In this document: piece by piece, positions 42,970 through 52,603 of the stretch
Numbering within the stretch: position 1 is the stretch's first letter
Layout: the number at the start of each line of letters is the position of its first letter
Origin: an uncultured bacterium
Lineage (GTDB): Bacteria; Planctomycetota; DG-23; CBDVDV01
DNA length: 64,000 bases
Reading direction: 5' to 3'
Assembly: GCA_965372835.1 (NCBI GenBank)
Contig: CBDVDV010000002.1
Location: 179 to 64,178 of the forward strand
Made by a program: the position numbers and the translations under genes
The notes under the pieces: model-generated
Told to the model about the DNA's origin: nothing
Databases searched by the model: none
The model's input: only the letters and a program-made list of their open reading frames with translations

Positions 42970-44360
42970 TGGTTCCCCGATGAGTTGAGGGATCGACCGA
43001 TCTCGTTCCAGCGGTAGCCGACGCCCGGTCCGGTAATGGTGGTGGTGTTGATGCAGCCGTCCTGAAGTTTGAAGACCCCCGGATGCACTTTGCTTTCAGG
43101 TTCGTTGGTGGCGGGGAAGAACTGGCGCGAGTTGGCCTCCACGCCCTTGAGCGGTTTCAGATGGCCGGCCAGGGCCACGGACTGGATGAGCGCGATACCG
43201 GGGTTGGTCAGGTCCTGAATGGTGTAGTCGATACCGGCGTGCTCGGCCAGCGAGGCGAACAGCAACGCCGCCGACTGGCACTTGCAAGCCTTGAGGGCGA
43301 TCCCCGACCAGCCTAACTCCAAGGCCAGGCGGAAATCGTCCACGGTCATCAGGCTCTCGTCGATAATGACAGGTTTAATGTCCCCTAACTCATGCATATC
43401 GAACCGGTGTTCGCGCAGGTCACGCTCCGTTGGCTGCTCGATGTAAAGGAGTTCGCGCTCGGCTTGCGGGTTCCGCTCTTTGAGTCTGGCGATCATCTCG
43501 ATGATGTAGTCGGGACTTTCGCACTGCTCGTTGGTGTCAGCAGAGAAGCAGAGCCCCGTGAGGCCCAGCCTCCCGTGCTCCTCGTGAGCGATGGAGACGA
43601 CCTCATCGATTCGGCTGACGTCCCAGTCCAGGTCGGTGCCTTTGAGTTTGACCTTGAGGCAGTGAAGGTGATCGTAGCGGATCCACTGGTCCAGGCTGAC
43701 GGGGAGTCCGTCCTGCGGATCGTCGTCGGTGATCTCGCTTTCCCGAAGTTTGTCCAGCCCGCCGACGAGGTGGAAGGCAGGAATGCGCTCGGGCATCCGG
43801 GCCTGGAGGTAATCGCTGACGTACCGGCCCGTGAACTCCTCGCCCAGATAGCGGGACAGGTCGTGGTTCATGTGCTCGGGGCCGTAACAGGCATACGTCG
43901 GAAGCTCATTGACGATGCCGAAGGCGTCATGGCTGGCAGCGTCGACGGGCGAGGCGGCGACCAGTTGGCACAGGTAGGGCATCGCCTCCGCAGCGCCTTT
44001 TTCGGTGCTGACGTTGGAGGCTATCGACACGAACTCGGACTCGACCTGGTGGAAATGCTCGATGGGGTGACCGTACTCGTTCAGGTTTTCGTAAACGCGG
44101 CACAGTCGGCGGACAAACTCCTCCATGATGTCGGCCCGGAGTTCGTGAGGGACGAGGGGGCTGGGCCAGCCCCACATGTCCATGAGGAACATGGCTCCCC
44201 AGCCCGTCGCCGTTTTGCCCGCCCGGTTCTCGACGGTCATCCTCACGTGACAGAAGGCCAGCGACTCCACCACCACGGCGCCGAACTTGAGCGGCGTCCT
44301 GCAGAAGGCTTGCGGGAAGTGGGGAATCGCCTCAACCACCCGGATGTCTGTTGCTTTCAC
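42966..44360 (-). CDS. enolase-superfamily (mandelate racemase/muconate-lactonizing-enzyme subgroup) protein, putative sugar-acid dehydratase
   Basis: GTG start. KVKLKG, DTNE, IEQP, IIDES, ALKACK motifs at the expected barrel positions. Confidence 0.6.
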   Translation of the reverse strand: MKATDIRVVEAIPHFPQAFCRTPLKFGAVVVESLAFCHVRMTVENRAGKTATGWGAMFLMDMWGWPSPLVPHELRADIMEEFVRRLCRVYENLNEYGHPIEHFHQVESEFVSIASNVSTEKGAAEAMPYLCQLVAASPVDAASHDAFGIVNELPTYACYGPEHMNHDLSRYLGEEFTGRYVSDYLQARMPERIPAFHLVGGLDKLRESEITDDDPQDGLPVSLDQWIRYDHLHCLKVKLKGTDLDWDVSRIDEVVSIAHEEHGRLGLTGLCFSADTNEQCESPDYIIEMIARLKERNPQAERELLYIEQPTERDLREHRFDMHELGDIKPVIIDESLMTVDDFRLALELGWSGIALKACKCQSAALLFASLAEHAGIDYTIQDLTNPGIALIQSVALAGHLKPLKGVEANSRQFFPATNEPESKVHPGVFKLQDGCINTTTITGPGVGYRWNEIGRSLNSSGNQ

Positions 44361-44554
44361 TGCTTGTCCCTTTCTCGTTGGTCAGCTTTGAGCTTGCATT
44401 GACCGCGGGGTTCTCTTCTAACACTGGCAATGGTAGCGGAGCCGGCGAGGGGGTCAAGGCCGTTTGGCTTTCTGTTCCGGGTTGAACCTCGTCATCGTAC
44501 TGGTGTATAGACGTTCGTGCTTTGAGTTCACTCTCTGGGAACATAGGTGAGACC

Positions 44555-45817
44555 ATGACCGGACGTGAACGGTTCTTGAAGATCGCCAAAGGCCAACTTA
44601 CGGGCGAGGTCTTTCTCCCCTTCGACTTCAACTACGGTTGGTTCATGGAGGAGACGCTCGAACGGTGGAGAGGAGAGGGGCTGCCTCGAGACGTCGACCT
44701 CCTGGAGCACTTCGGGTTCGACCGGGTGGAGTTTACCGGGGGGAAGCCCTACGGCCTTGTTCCGCCCTTTGAGGAAAAGGTGCTCAGCGAAGACGAGGAA
44801 ACGGTCGTCGTCCGCGACGAAAGCGGGGTCACCAAGAGGATCTTCAAGCGCTACGCCGACTCCAGGATGCCCCAGTGGTTGGACTTTCCGGTCAAGACCC
44901 GGGCTGACTTTGAAGAACTAAAGAAGAGACTTGACCCGCATTCTGCCGAACGCTTTCCCCCGAACCTGGACCAACGGAAGAAGCGATGGCAGGAACGCGA
45001 CCACCCGTTGGGGGTGGGCCCGGGGAGTTTTTACGGCCACACGCTTCAGAAGTGGGTGGGCACCGAACACCTGTGCATGCTCTTCTACGACGACCCGACC
45101 TTCGTCCACGAGATGCTGGACTACCTGGAATGGTTCTTCCTCGAATTGCTGAAGCGACTTCTCCCGGACGCCCCGGTGGTGCGGCCGCTCCGGAAAGGCC
45201 CGCGCGATTGCTCCGAACCCCGGCTGACTTCGGAGGCCCCGCCAGACCGTCAAGACAAGCGGAGCCTGGAGGCACAGCCTCTTTCGACTGGCCCACCGGA
45301 CGCGCGCAATGAGCGTACTTTCGAAAGCCCGGCCGAAAACCAAGACAGGCGGAGCCTGTTTGATTTCGCCTCCTTCGGTGAGGACATCGCCTTCAAGGGA
45401 CGGTCCTTCATGTCGCCGGAGATGTTTCGGGAGTTCATTCAGCCTCACTACGTGAGCATCTGCGAACTCCTGAGAAGCCACGGCATTGAGGTCATCTTCG
45501 TCGATAGCGACGGCTACCTCGGGGAACTCATCCCCCTGTGGATGGAGGTGGGCATCAACGGTTTCTCGCCCTTGGAGGTCGCCGCGGGCATGGACGCCCG
45601 AGCACTCAAGAAGGAGTACGGCAAGGATATCGTGCTGGCAGGGAACGTCGACAAGCGCGCCCTCATCCGGGGCAAGGCTGAGATCGATCGGGAGATCGGG
45701 AAGGTCAAAGAACTGCTGGACCTGGGAGGCTACTTCCCGGCCGTCGACCACTCCGTCCCACCAGACGTCCCCTACCGGAACTTCCAGTACTTCCTGGAAA
45801 GGCTCAGCGAACTCTGA
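44555..45817 (+). CDS. URO-D family protein, paralog 2, with internal low-complexity insertion
   Basis: MTGRERFLKIAKGQ.. start (ATG 44555, AGGTGA RBS; the track start is TTG 44522). C-terminus ..AVDHSVPPDVPYRNFQYFLE. Confidence 0.65.
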   Translation: MTGRERFLKIAKGQLTGEVFLPFDFNYGWFMEETLERWRGEGLPRDVDLLEHFGFDRVEFTGGKPYGLVPPFEEKVLSEDEETVVVRDESGVTKRIFKRYADSRMPQWLDFPVKTRADFEELKKRLDPHSAERFPPNLDQRKKRWQERDHPLGVGPGSFYGHTLQKWVGTEHLCMLFYDDPTFVHEMLDYLEWFFLELLKRLLPDAPVVRPLRKGPRDCSEPRLTSEAPPDRQDKRSLEAQPLSTGPPDARNERTFESPAENQDRRSLFDFASFGEDIAFKGRSFMSPEMFREFIQPHYVSICELLRSHGIEVIFVDSDGYLGELIPLWMEVGINGFSPLEVAAGMDARALKKEYGKDIVLAGNVDKRALIRGKAEIDREIGKVKELLDLGGYFPAVDHSVPPDVPYRNFQYFLERLSEL

Positions 45818-45848
45818 GGTCCGACCCCTTCTTCCCGGGGCGCTCCGG

Positions 45849-48488
45849 TCATCGTTTCCTTCGGGCTTCCGGCGCTGCACAACCGGGAAGCCAGAGTACC
45901 CGCACCTGCTCCGGATCAAGCTCGGTGGAGACCTCCAATCCGTCATCGGTCTGTTTGGCGGTCAGATGGTCGCCGCTCACCAGGTCTTTAATCTCGGACG
46001 CGGTCGGGATGTCCAAGGGTTGGGTTTGGATGTGGATGACCGCCTGCCCGGGGTCGGCTGAGTCGTTGAGCAGCGTCAGGTAGAGGTCCCCCTTCGCATC
46101 GGGGCCGAAGCGCTCGACGTAGACTTTGGAGTTGCTCGAAGAGGCGTACGTTACGGGCTCCCAGCCGGCCTCGGCCACCCGTCTAATGAGTGGAATGTAG
46201 TGTTTGAAGAGATGCCTGTCCCGGTTGTACCACTTTGGGTTCTTCCAGTACGGGTCCTCTGAGGCGTTGTGGCTGAACATGCTGGGGTAGATGCCGTAGA
46301 AGAGGCTCCGCTGGAAGTACTTTTCAACCAGGTCGGGAGGGAACCCTTCAAAGCGCGTGTTCATGAGCAGAAGGTAGGGCTTCTGGTAGCACATCACCCG
46401 CTTGAAAAGAAACCAACTGTCCGAGGGAGGCCCCCACTGGCCGTTGCGAACCCAGTTGGTCTCCGTACCCATGACGTCAAGCCAGGCGCAGAGGAAGCCG
46501 AAGCGGTGAGGCACGGAGTTGGCAAACAGGAGCTTCCCCATCTTGTGCAGGTCTTCCGACAGCCACCTGGTGAACTCGTAGATGGAGAATATCTTGTGGA
46601 TGACAGGCTCCCTCGAGGAGGCGGAGAAGGTGAGCGGCACGGTGGCGTAGCGGAAGTGTCGCCGGTCGAAGTTTTCGGTCGCGGTGACGTAGGCTTCCAA
46701 CGAATCGAGGTATTCGCCATCCTGCACACCCTTGGCACCCGGTCCGTAGAGGCGCTGCTTCACCTCGTCGTTCCAGTACAGCCGGGCCTCCGACCCGCCC
46801 GGGATGAAGGGGTTGGGGTTCAGGCTGAAGACGGCGCCGTCACACCAGGGGGTGTTGCGTACCAGATACTGCAAGCGGCCACCGCTGTCGCGGGAGCCCG
46901 AGACCTCCACCGCCTGCGCCTGTCTTCGGACGGCCTTGTCGCCCGAGCGGAGACAGGTCTTGAGGTGTTCCATCACACCTTCCTCGGTGCGGGGAACGTC
47001 CTTGGGCATACGCATCCACCAGGTGGAGGGTTCCGTGTAGCGGAAACTCAGGACGGCGGCCTGGTCGTCGAGGGGGACGTTGTTGTTCCCCTCATGGTAT
47101 CTGAAGCCGAAGTCCTGCCAGCCTTCCACCGTGCTCACGTCGGTGAAGGGCATCCAGATGCCCTGCTCCTTGGAGCGGCAGACGAAGTGCTCGGGGAAGA
47201 CGGAGTAGAACTTCTTGGTCGCTGAGCGGAACCCCCACGCGGGGTCGGTCCGGTAGATGACGAGCCTGAAGGAAGCGCTGCTGGGGAAGTTCCGCGTCTC
47301 GCGGCTCAGACCGAAATCGTAGGCGATGAAGAACTGCCTGGTGCTGGCGTTGTAGCCGATGCGGAATTGAGCCGGCGAGGACATATCGAGGCCGATGGCC
47401 AGTCCCGAGACGCTGTCGGTGATGGTCGCCCACGGATAGAGGGACATCAGCCCCGTTGCCCCCGTACCGATGTTCGCCGCGTTCATGTACTCCAGCGATC
47501 CTTCGATGGTCCGCCGATGGCGGACGTCGTCGTGCCAGGCCCATCCCCGCGCGTCCACGGGAAGCGCGAAGACCAGGGTGACGGCACGGTCAGCGCCCGA
47601 GGTGTCCGTAACCGTTCCGCTGACCCCGATGTGGTCCGGATGCTCAGTGAACTCGGCAACCAGTCTGAGTTTGAGGTCCGCGCACACCCCCTTTGGGAAA
47701 CCGAAGAAGTCCGAGTCGGCGGCCACGTCGCGGACAAGAAAGCCCGAGGGAATCGAGGCCGCGTGAAGGTCCATGTCGTCCACGCGAAGAGTGGAGACGC
47801 GACCGCCCTCATAGTCATAGCCGAGCGTGAGACCGTCCTCGGTGCGGTACATGGTGCCCTCCTCGCCGTCATGGCGGCTCGGGGCCGTCGTTACTGGCAC
47901 CCCGTCGAAGGCCGTCACGTCGGCGCCCGTCATCTCGTGGGCCTGGACGTCGTCGAACCAGACGCCACCAGCGTGGTCGCGGAAGAGGCAGTAGACGTTC
48001 ATCCTGGCGATGGGCCTCTGGGGGACGACCAGGACGCTGCGCTGCTGCCAGCCATGGGTGCCTGTGTCGAAGGGCGCGTGCTGACCGTAGAGGGGATCCC
48101 CCTCTGAGAAGTACACGTCCACGTAGAGGGAGTAGTGGATGTCGGGCCGGCCGGTTACGTCGGCTGCCTTGCTCCAGGCGTGCACGAAGACGGGCGCCGG
48201 GACCGCCTGGTCCAGGTGGAGCGTCTGCCCGAGGCCACACTGCGCATTCCTGGTCCCGTGGCAATAGGCAGCGGTCGAGGCCTTCCGGCCCCGGCCGGCA
48301 GACACCTCGTACCCCTCTTCCCACGGAAACCAGTGCGGGAAGGCCCCCGATCGGACCTGCTCAAAACCACCGTTCTGGAGCAGATCGGGAAGCGAGACGT
48401 CACGCAGCACCTTCATCCGCGCCTGGTCACACCAGCCTTGAGCACAGAGTAGCGTCGCAGCCATAGCGCTAAGCCACAGGCTCTTCAT
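45849..48488 (-). CDS. large secreted protein with N-terminal CBM4/9-like domain and uncharacterized catalytic region
   Basis: Signal peptide; NGGFEQV..HWF start typical of CBM4/9/22; 879 aa. Confidence 0.5.
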   Translation of the reverse strand: MKSLWLSAMAATLLCAQGWCDQARMKVLRDVSLPDLLQNGGFEQVRSGAFPHWFPWEEGYEVSAGRGRKASTAAYCHGTRNAQCGLGQTLHLDQAVPAPVFVHAWSKAADVTGRPDIHYSLYVDVYFSEGDPLYGQHAPFDTGTHGWQQRSVLVVPQRPIARMNVYCLFRDHAGGVWFDDVQAHEMTGADVTAFDGVPVTTAPSRHDGEEGTMYRTEDGLTLGYDYEGGRVSTLRVDDMDLHAASIPSGFLVRDVAADSDFFGFPKGVCADLKLRLVAEFTEHPDHIGVSGTVTDTSGADRAVTLVFALPVDARGWAWHDDVRHRRTIEGSLEYMNAANIGTGATGLMSLYPWATITDSVSGLAIGLDMSSPAQFRIGYNASTRQFFIAYDFGLSRETRNFPSSASFRLVIYRTDPAWGFRSATKKFYSVFPEHFVCRSKEQGIWMPFTDVSTVEGWQDFGFRYHEGNNNVPLDDQAAVLSFRYTEPSTWWMRMPKDVPRTEEGVMEHLKTCLRSGDKAVRRQAQAVEVSGSRDSGGRLQYLVRNTPWCDGAVFSLNPNPFIPGGSEARLYWNDEVKQRLYGPGAKGVQDGEYLDSLEAYVTATENFDRRHFRYATVPLTFSASSREPVIHKIFSIYEFTRWLSEDLHKMGKLLFANSVPHRFGFLCAWLDVMGTETNWVRNGQWGPPSDSWFLFKRVMCYQKPYLLLMNTRFEGFPPDLVEKYFQRSLFYGIYPSMFSHNASEDPYWKNPKWYNRDRHLFKHYIPLIRRVAEAGWEPVTYASSSNSKVYVERFGPDAKGDLYLTLLNDSADPGQAVIHIQTQPLDIPTASEIKDLVSGDHLTAKQTDDGLEVSTELDPEQVRVLWLPGCAAPEARRKR

Positions 48489-48508
48489 CAGGGCCCCACC
48501 AGGCTGAC

Positions 48509-49762
48509 CTAAGTCAGCTTCCTCTCCAGGAACGACCAGAAGTTGCCGCCGAAGAGCATGGCAATGTCACGTCGGATCTCATCCTTTTTCACCGTCCAGC
48601 CGGTGGCCACGAGATCGGTGTACTTATCGCAGAGGACGCCGGCGATGATGGTCTTCACGTGCTCCCACTTGTAGATAAGCTGGTCGAGCACGCGGGCGTC
48701 AGAATGCTGAGGAACGACACTCAGGCCCAGGAGCTCAAAACGCATGCGGGTCGTTTCCTCGACCAGGCCGGGGTTGTTCAGGAACCACCAGCAGCCGAAG
48801 ACCAAGAGGTTCCTGAACTTGCGGCCGGCGACGCAGAGCTCCTGCTGGTTCTCCCGGGCCAACATGGTGACCATGAACTTGTTCCGGGGATAGTTGGCGC
48901 AGAGGTACTCGACCGTTTCGATGTCGCCCTTCCCGACGGAATCGCCGGCGAGACGGAGCCCCGGGTTGGTGAGCTTCTTCACGCCGATCATCATAGAGAA
49001 GGGCAGGTCGCGTTCATCGCAGACCGGGAGCACACACTCTTTCATGAGCGTGGCCCGGGCCGAGTCCTCCGGGAAGCGGAAGGTCGGCGGAAGCGACGCC
49101 GCCAGGTACAGGGCGCCCATGCGCTCGGCCCAGTCGCCGAGGAAGCGCCTGACCTCCGCGAAGGTCTTGTCAGTCAGCGCCTGTTCGACCTCGTAGCCCC
49201 ATTCTTCGAGGCGCGGCCAGGCCGTCTCCCAGGTGTTGAGCAACCGGTCAATTCGAAGAGCGGCCTTAAAGCGAGCGTCGCCTTCGTACCCCTTGAGCCA
49301 GAGTGGGCGCTCCAGGTCGTCAAAGGGGTCGTTGGTCATGACGACTTCTTTGACACCGGACATCTGTAAGGCGAGGTCGACGTACTCTTCGACCGTCTTT
49401 TCCGAGAAGAATTTTCGGTAAGAGGTCAGGTCCCGAGCGCCCACGTCGAGCCCCAGGCGCGCGAGCACCGTCAAGACCCCCCGGCAGGACTCGCTGATGG
49501 GGCTTCGTTCGATAAAGAGGGTCTTCCAGATGAGGTCCGCCTGCTCAGTCTTCGACATACTCCAGAAGTTGTCGTAGGACACGTCGAGCCAGCGGAAGAC
49601 TTCGGCGACCAGGTAGTGGTAAGTCAGGAGGTCATCGATCCCCCACAGCAGGAGTTCCCCGAAGCCCGGGTCGTAGATGTGGGTGTGGATGTCGGTGATG
49701 GGCACCTCGGCGATGGCCGTGTCCACGGCCGTTCTCAGGTCCTGCGGGTTCGCGATCGGCAT
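48509..49762 (-). CDS. glucuronate (uronate) isomerase-like protein
   Basis: ITDIHTHIY and GCWWFLNNPG resemble UxaC DYHCHL / WWFNDH regions. ATG 49762 preferred over the track TTG 49846. Confidence 0.55.
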   Translation of the reverse strand: MPIANPQDLRTAVDTAIAEVPITDIHTHIYDPGFGELLLWGIDDLLTYHYLVAEVFRWLDVSYDNFWSMSKTEQADLIWKTLFIERSPISESCRGVLTVLARLGLDVGARDLTSYRKFFSEKTVEEYVDLALQMSGVKEVVMTNDPFDDLERPLWLKGYEGDARFKAALRIDRLLNTWETAWPRLEEWGYEVEQALTDKTFAEVRRFLGDWAERMGALYLAASLPPTFRFPEDSARATLMKECVLPVCDERDLPFSMMIGVKKLTNPGLRLAGDSVGKGDIETVEYLCANYPRNKFMVTMLARENQQELCVAGRKFRNLLVFGCWWFLNNPGLVEETTRMRFELLGLSVVPQHSDARVLDQLIYKWEHVKTIIAGVLCDKYTDLVATGWTVKKDEIRRDIAMLFGGNFWSFLERKLT

Positions 49763-49983
49763 GTCCTTTACTCCATCGTGCAGAAGGGCGATTCCAGGGC
49801 ACTGCCAGTGTGGCTGAGAGTACCCCACGACCGACAGCGTCGGCAAGGGGAAATCGCGCTGCTCGCAATGGCCTCACTCCCGCGCAAGAGAGAGGCTGGA
49901 TTCGCCGGAGAGCAGCCTCGTGCTCTACGGAGACAGGGCCGCTCAAGGGGCGTGGCCGTCCAGCCAGACAGGTGACCACGGCT

Positions 49984-51162
49984 TCACTTCAGTTCGAAGA
50001 AGGTACCGGCGATGTGCGTTCGGCCGCCCGGCCAGGGCAGGTCGTCTTCCTCGACCTGCCAGTAGTAGGCGGTGAAGAGGCGGCCGTCTTTGAGTTCCAC
50101 GGCCACGGGGTAGCCGCCGTCCTGGTCACTTACTGGTGGCGAATCGTCGCGCAGCACTATCTCCTCCGACCAGGTCTTCCCCTCGTCCTCACTCACGATG
50201 CAGCACATGCGCATGGGAGGTTGGCAGCGGACGATGTAGACGATCACGATCCGCCCGTCCCGAAGGAGGATGGAGTACGGAGACACCGACCAGCGGTCGA
50301 TCCGCCTGGGAGGAGCCCAGGTGTTTCCCAGGTCGTCTGAGTAGGTGACGGCCGTGTAGCGAACCGCAGCCGAGCCAGCCCACATCCCCAGGCTGCAGAA
50401 GAGCCGACCCGAGGGGAGCAGGAGCACCTTCGGGTAGGAGAAGGTTTCCAGGGTGTTGGGATCGAAGTGGATGGTGGAGACGTAGTGCCAGGTGACGCCC
50501 TGGTCGGTGGACATGTAGAGCTGGGGGGCGCGCTTCATACCCAGGTTGCCTCTGAGGATGGGCCCCAGACACCCGAGGAGCCTGCCGTCGCGCAGCACCA
50601 GGTAGAAGTTGTTGAAGACGGCCACGTTGTCGCCCATCTGCGGGCGGAAGATGACGGGGTGGTCCTCCCACGTCCGTCCCCGGTCGGCTGAGCGGAGCCC
50701 CCAGATGACCCGCTCGTGGTAAACCTTGCCGCCCCGAACGCTGGGAAGGCCCACCCACGCGCCACTCGTGTAAAGCACCGAGTCCGGATGCGACATGTCG
50801 ATGTCGGGGCGCTCGACCTCGTTGTTCCTCCGGATGGGTTTGCGGGTGAAGCGGTCCAGACCCAGCCATTCCCATTGGTCCCTTAGGTGTCGGCGGTTGT
50901 CGTAAAGGTCGAACTCCTCTCCCCAGGTAGATCCGCCGTTCAGGCTGCGCTGGAAGCGGTTGGTGGCCCGCCGCCAGATGCCATGCTCACCGTGGGCCTT
51001 GTCCTGGGCGTCGGTGTACTCGCTGTGGGAATGGATGTGCCCGAGCAGGATTTCATCGTCCTCAGGCCAGTACCAGATGCCCCCGAACCGGGGCCAATGG
51101 CACACGGTGTCCTTGGCGTAGCAGATGCGGATGTGCTCCAGGTTTTTCAGGCTTTCGTCCAT
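49984..51162 (-). CDS. BNR/Asp-box repeat glycosidase (sialidase-like), no signal peptide
   Basis: Four SxDxGxTW boxes (SADRGRTW, STDQGVTW, SDDLGNTW, SEDEGKTW). AGGAGG RBS. Confidence 0.7.
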   Translation of the reverse strand: MDESLKNLEHIRICYAKDTVCHWPRFGGIWYWPEDDEILLGHIHSHSEYTDAQDKAHGEHGIWRRATNRFQRSLNGGSTWGEEFDLYDNRRHLRDQWEWLGLDRFTRKPIRRNNEVERPDIDMSHPDSVLYTSGAWVGLPSVRGGKVYHERVIWGLRSADRGRTWEDHPVIFRPQMGDNVAVFNNFYLVLRDGRLLGCLGPILRGNLGMKRAPQLYMSTDQGVTWHYVSTIHFDPNTLETFSYPKVLLLPSGRLFCSLGMWAGSAAVRYTAVTYSDDLGNTWAPPRRIDRWSVSPYSILLRDGRIVIVYIVRCQPPMRMCCIVSEDEGKTWSEEIVLRDDSPPVSDQDGGYPVAVELKDGRLFTAYYWQVEEDDLPWPGGRTHIAGTFFELK

Positions 51163-51179
51163 ACCTTGCCTCCTCGCAA

Positions 51180-52499
51180 CTACTCTTGGCCCCGCTGATA
51201 GCGTGCGTAATCGCCCATGGCTTGTTCGTAGTAGGGGGTGCGCAGCGGCCCCTCAGGGATTGGGTCGCCCACCTCTTCCATCCACTGCCACAGGCGGTTG
51301 GAGAGTTCTTCGACCAGATCGGCATATGACGTGTCTTGGCCCAGGTTCTCGTATTCGATGGAGTCCTCTTTTAGGTCGAACAACTGCACCACAGGACGGG
51401 TGCCGTCTCGACGCGGTCGTTCCACATGTTCGGCCACCGCCTGCGGGTCGACGTCGATGGGTTTGACGATGGTCCGACCGGGCTCGAAGTAGCGGATGAG
51501 TTTGTACCGGTCCGTGCGGATGCAGCGACAGGTGTTGTCGCGCAGAGGTTGGCTGACGTGCTCGGCGAAGACCGCATCGCGGATGGGCGCGTCTGATTCC
51601 CCCCGAAGGATCTTCGCCGCGCTGACTCCCTGGACGTTCTCGGGGATGGGTGCGCCAACGAGGTCGAGCAGTGTAGGCAGGAAGTCGACGTTACTCATCA
51701 GTTGGCGGTGAACCGTCCCACCGACGAGGCCACCGGCCGGCCAGCGCACGATGAGGGGGGTTTCGAGCCCCGGATCGAAGAGGCTCCACTTGGCGCCGCT
51801 GTAAGGGATGCCGTGGTCGGAGGTAAAGATGACCACGGTGTTCTCAGCCAGGCCGCTTTGCTCGAGGCCGCTCAGGATCTCACCGACGCCCGCGTCCATG
51901 AACTTGATGGCCCCCTGCAGACCCGCAAGGTCGTTTCGAATCACCTCGGTGTCAGCGAGGTAGGGCGGGACGTAGACGCCTTTTTCGCTGTCGGGCTGGA
52001 CGCCTCCGGTGTCGAACCGGCGGTGGACCTCGTGGAAGCCGACTTTGAGGAAGAAGGGAGGGTCGGTCGGCTTCTGATGCTGCAGGATTTCCACTGCCGA
52101 GGAGGCTTTCTCGGGGGCCAGTCGGCCGGCCTCGACCACATCGTGGTAACCGAGGGTGTGGGGGTCGTCCCTGGTGACGTGTTGGAAGCCGACGAGGGTC
52201 GTGTGATACCCGGCCTCTGAGAGGAGGCTGGCCAGGTGCCGTTCCCCTGGCTTAAGGGACCAGAGCCAGGGCGTATGGGTCAGCCCCATGAGCCCGTTGG
52301 TCTGGGGGTATCGGCCGGTGAGGATGCAGCCTCTGCTGGGGCTACATACGGCTGCTGCAGCGAAGTAGTTCTCGAAACGGGAGCCTTCTCGGGCGAGACG
52401 GTCGATGGAGCCGGAGTGCACGGTCTCGACGCCGTAGCAGCCCAGGTGCTGTCCCAGGTCGTGGCAGGTCATCATCAGGATGTTCGGCCGGGCGCTCAT
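51180..52499 (-). CDS. Cys-type sulfatase, paralog 2, no signal peptide
   Basis: CSPSRGC, CHDLG, TSDHG. Start M at 52499 by alignment with paralog 1; alternative GTG 52541. Confidence 0.8.
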   Translation of the reverse strand: MSARPNILMMTCHDLGQHLGCYGVETVHSGSIDRLAREGSRFENYFAAAAVCSPSRGCILTGRYPQTNGLMGLTHTPWLWSLKPGERHLASLLSEAGYHTTLVGFQHVTRDDPHTLGYHDVVEAGRLAPEKASSAVEILQHQKPTDPPFFLKVGFHEVHRRFDTGGVQPDSEKGVYVPPYLADTEVIRNDLAGLQGAIKFMDAGVGEILSGLEQSGLAENTVVIFTSDHGIPYSGAKWSLFDPGLETPLIVRWPAGGLVGGTVHRQLMSNVDFLPTLLDLVGAPIPENVQGVSAAKILRGESDAPIRDAVFAEHVSQPLRDNTCRCIRTDRYKLIRYFEPGRTIVKPIDVDPQAVAEHVERPRRDGTRPVVQLFDLKEDSIEYENLGQDTSYADLVEELSNRLWQWMEEVGDPIPEGPLRTPYYEQAMGDYARYQRGQE

Positions 52500-52603
52500 G
52501 GCACACTCACTCCTTTTCCGACCAAATTGCCGTCTTCTCACACATTCTCTTCCTCACCGGGCCACGCATGTTCCCACTGAGCGACGGCACCGTCAACAGG
52601 CCC

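Noticed and set aside
44522-44554. TTG start of URO-D paralog 2 given by the ORF track
   Set aside because: ATG 44555 has an AGGTGA RBS and its MTGRERFLK N-terminus matches paralogs 1 and 3 (MTGLQRV / MTSRERI)
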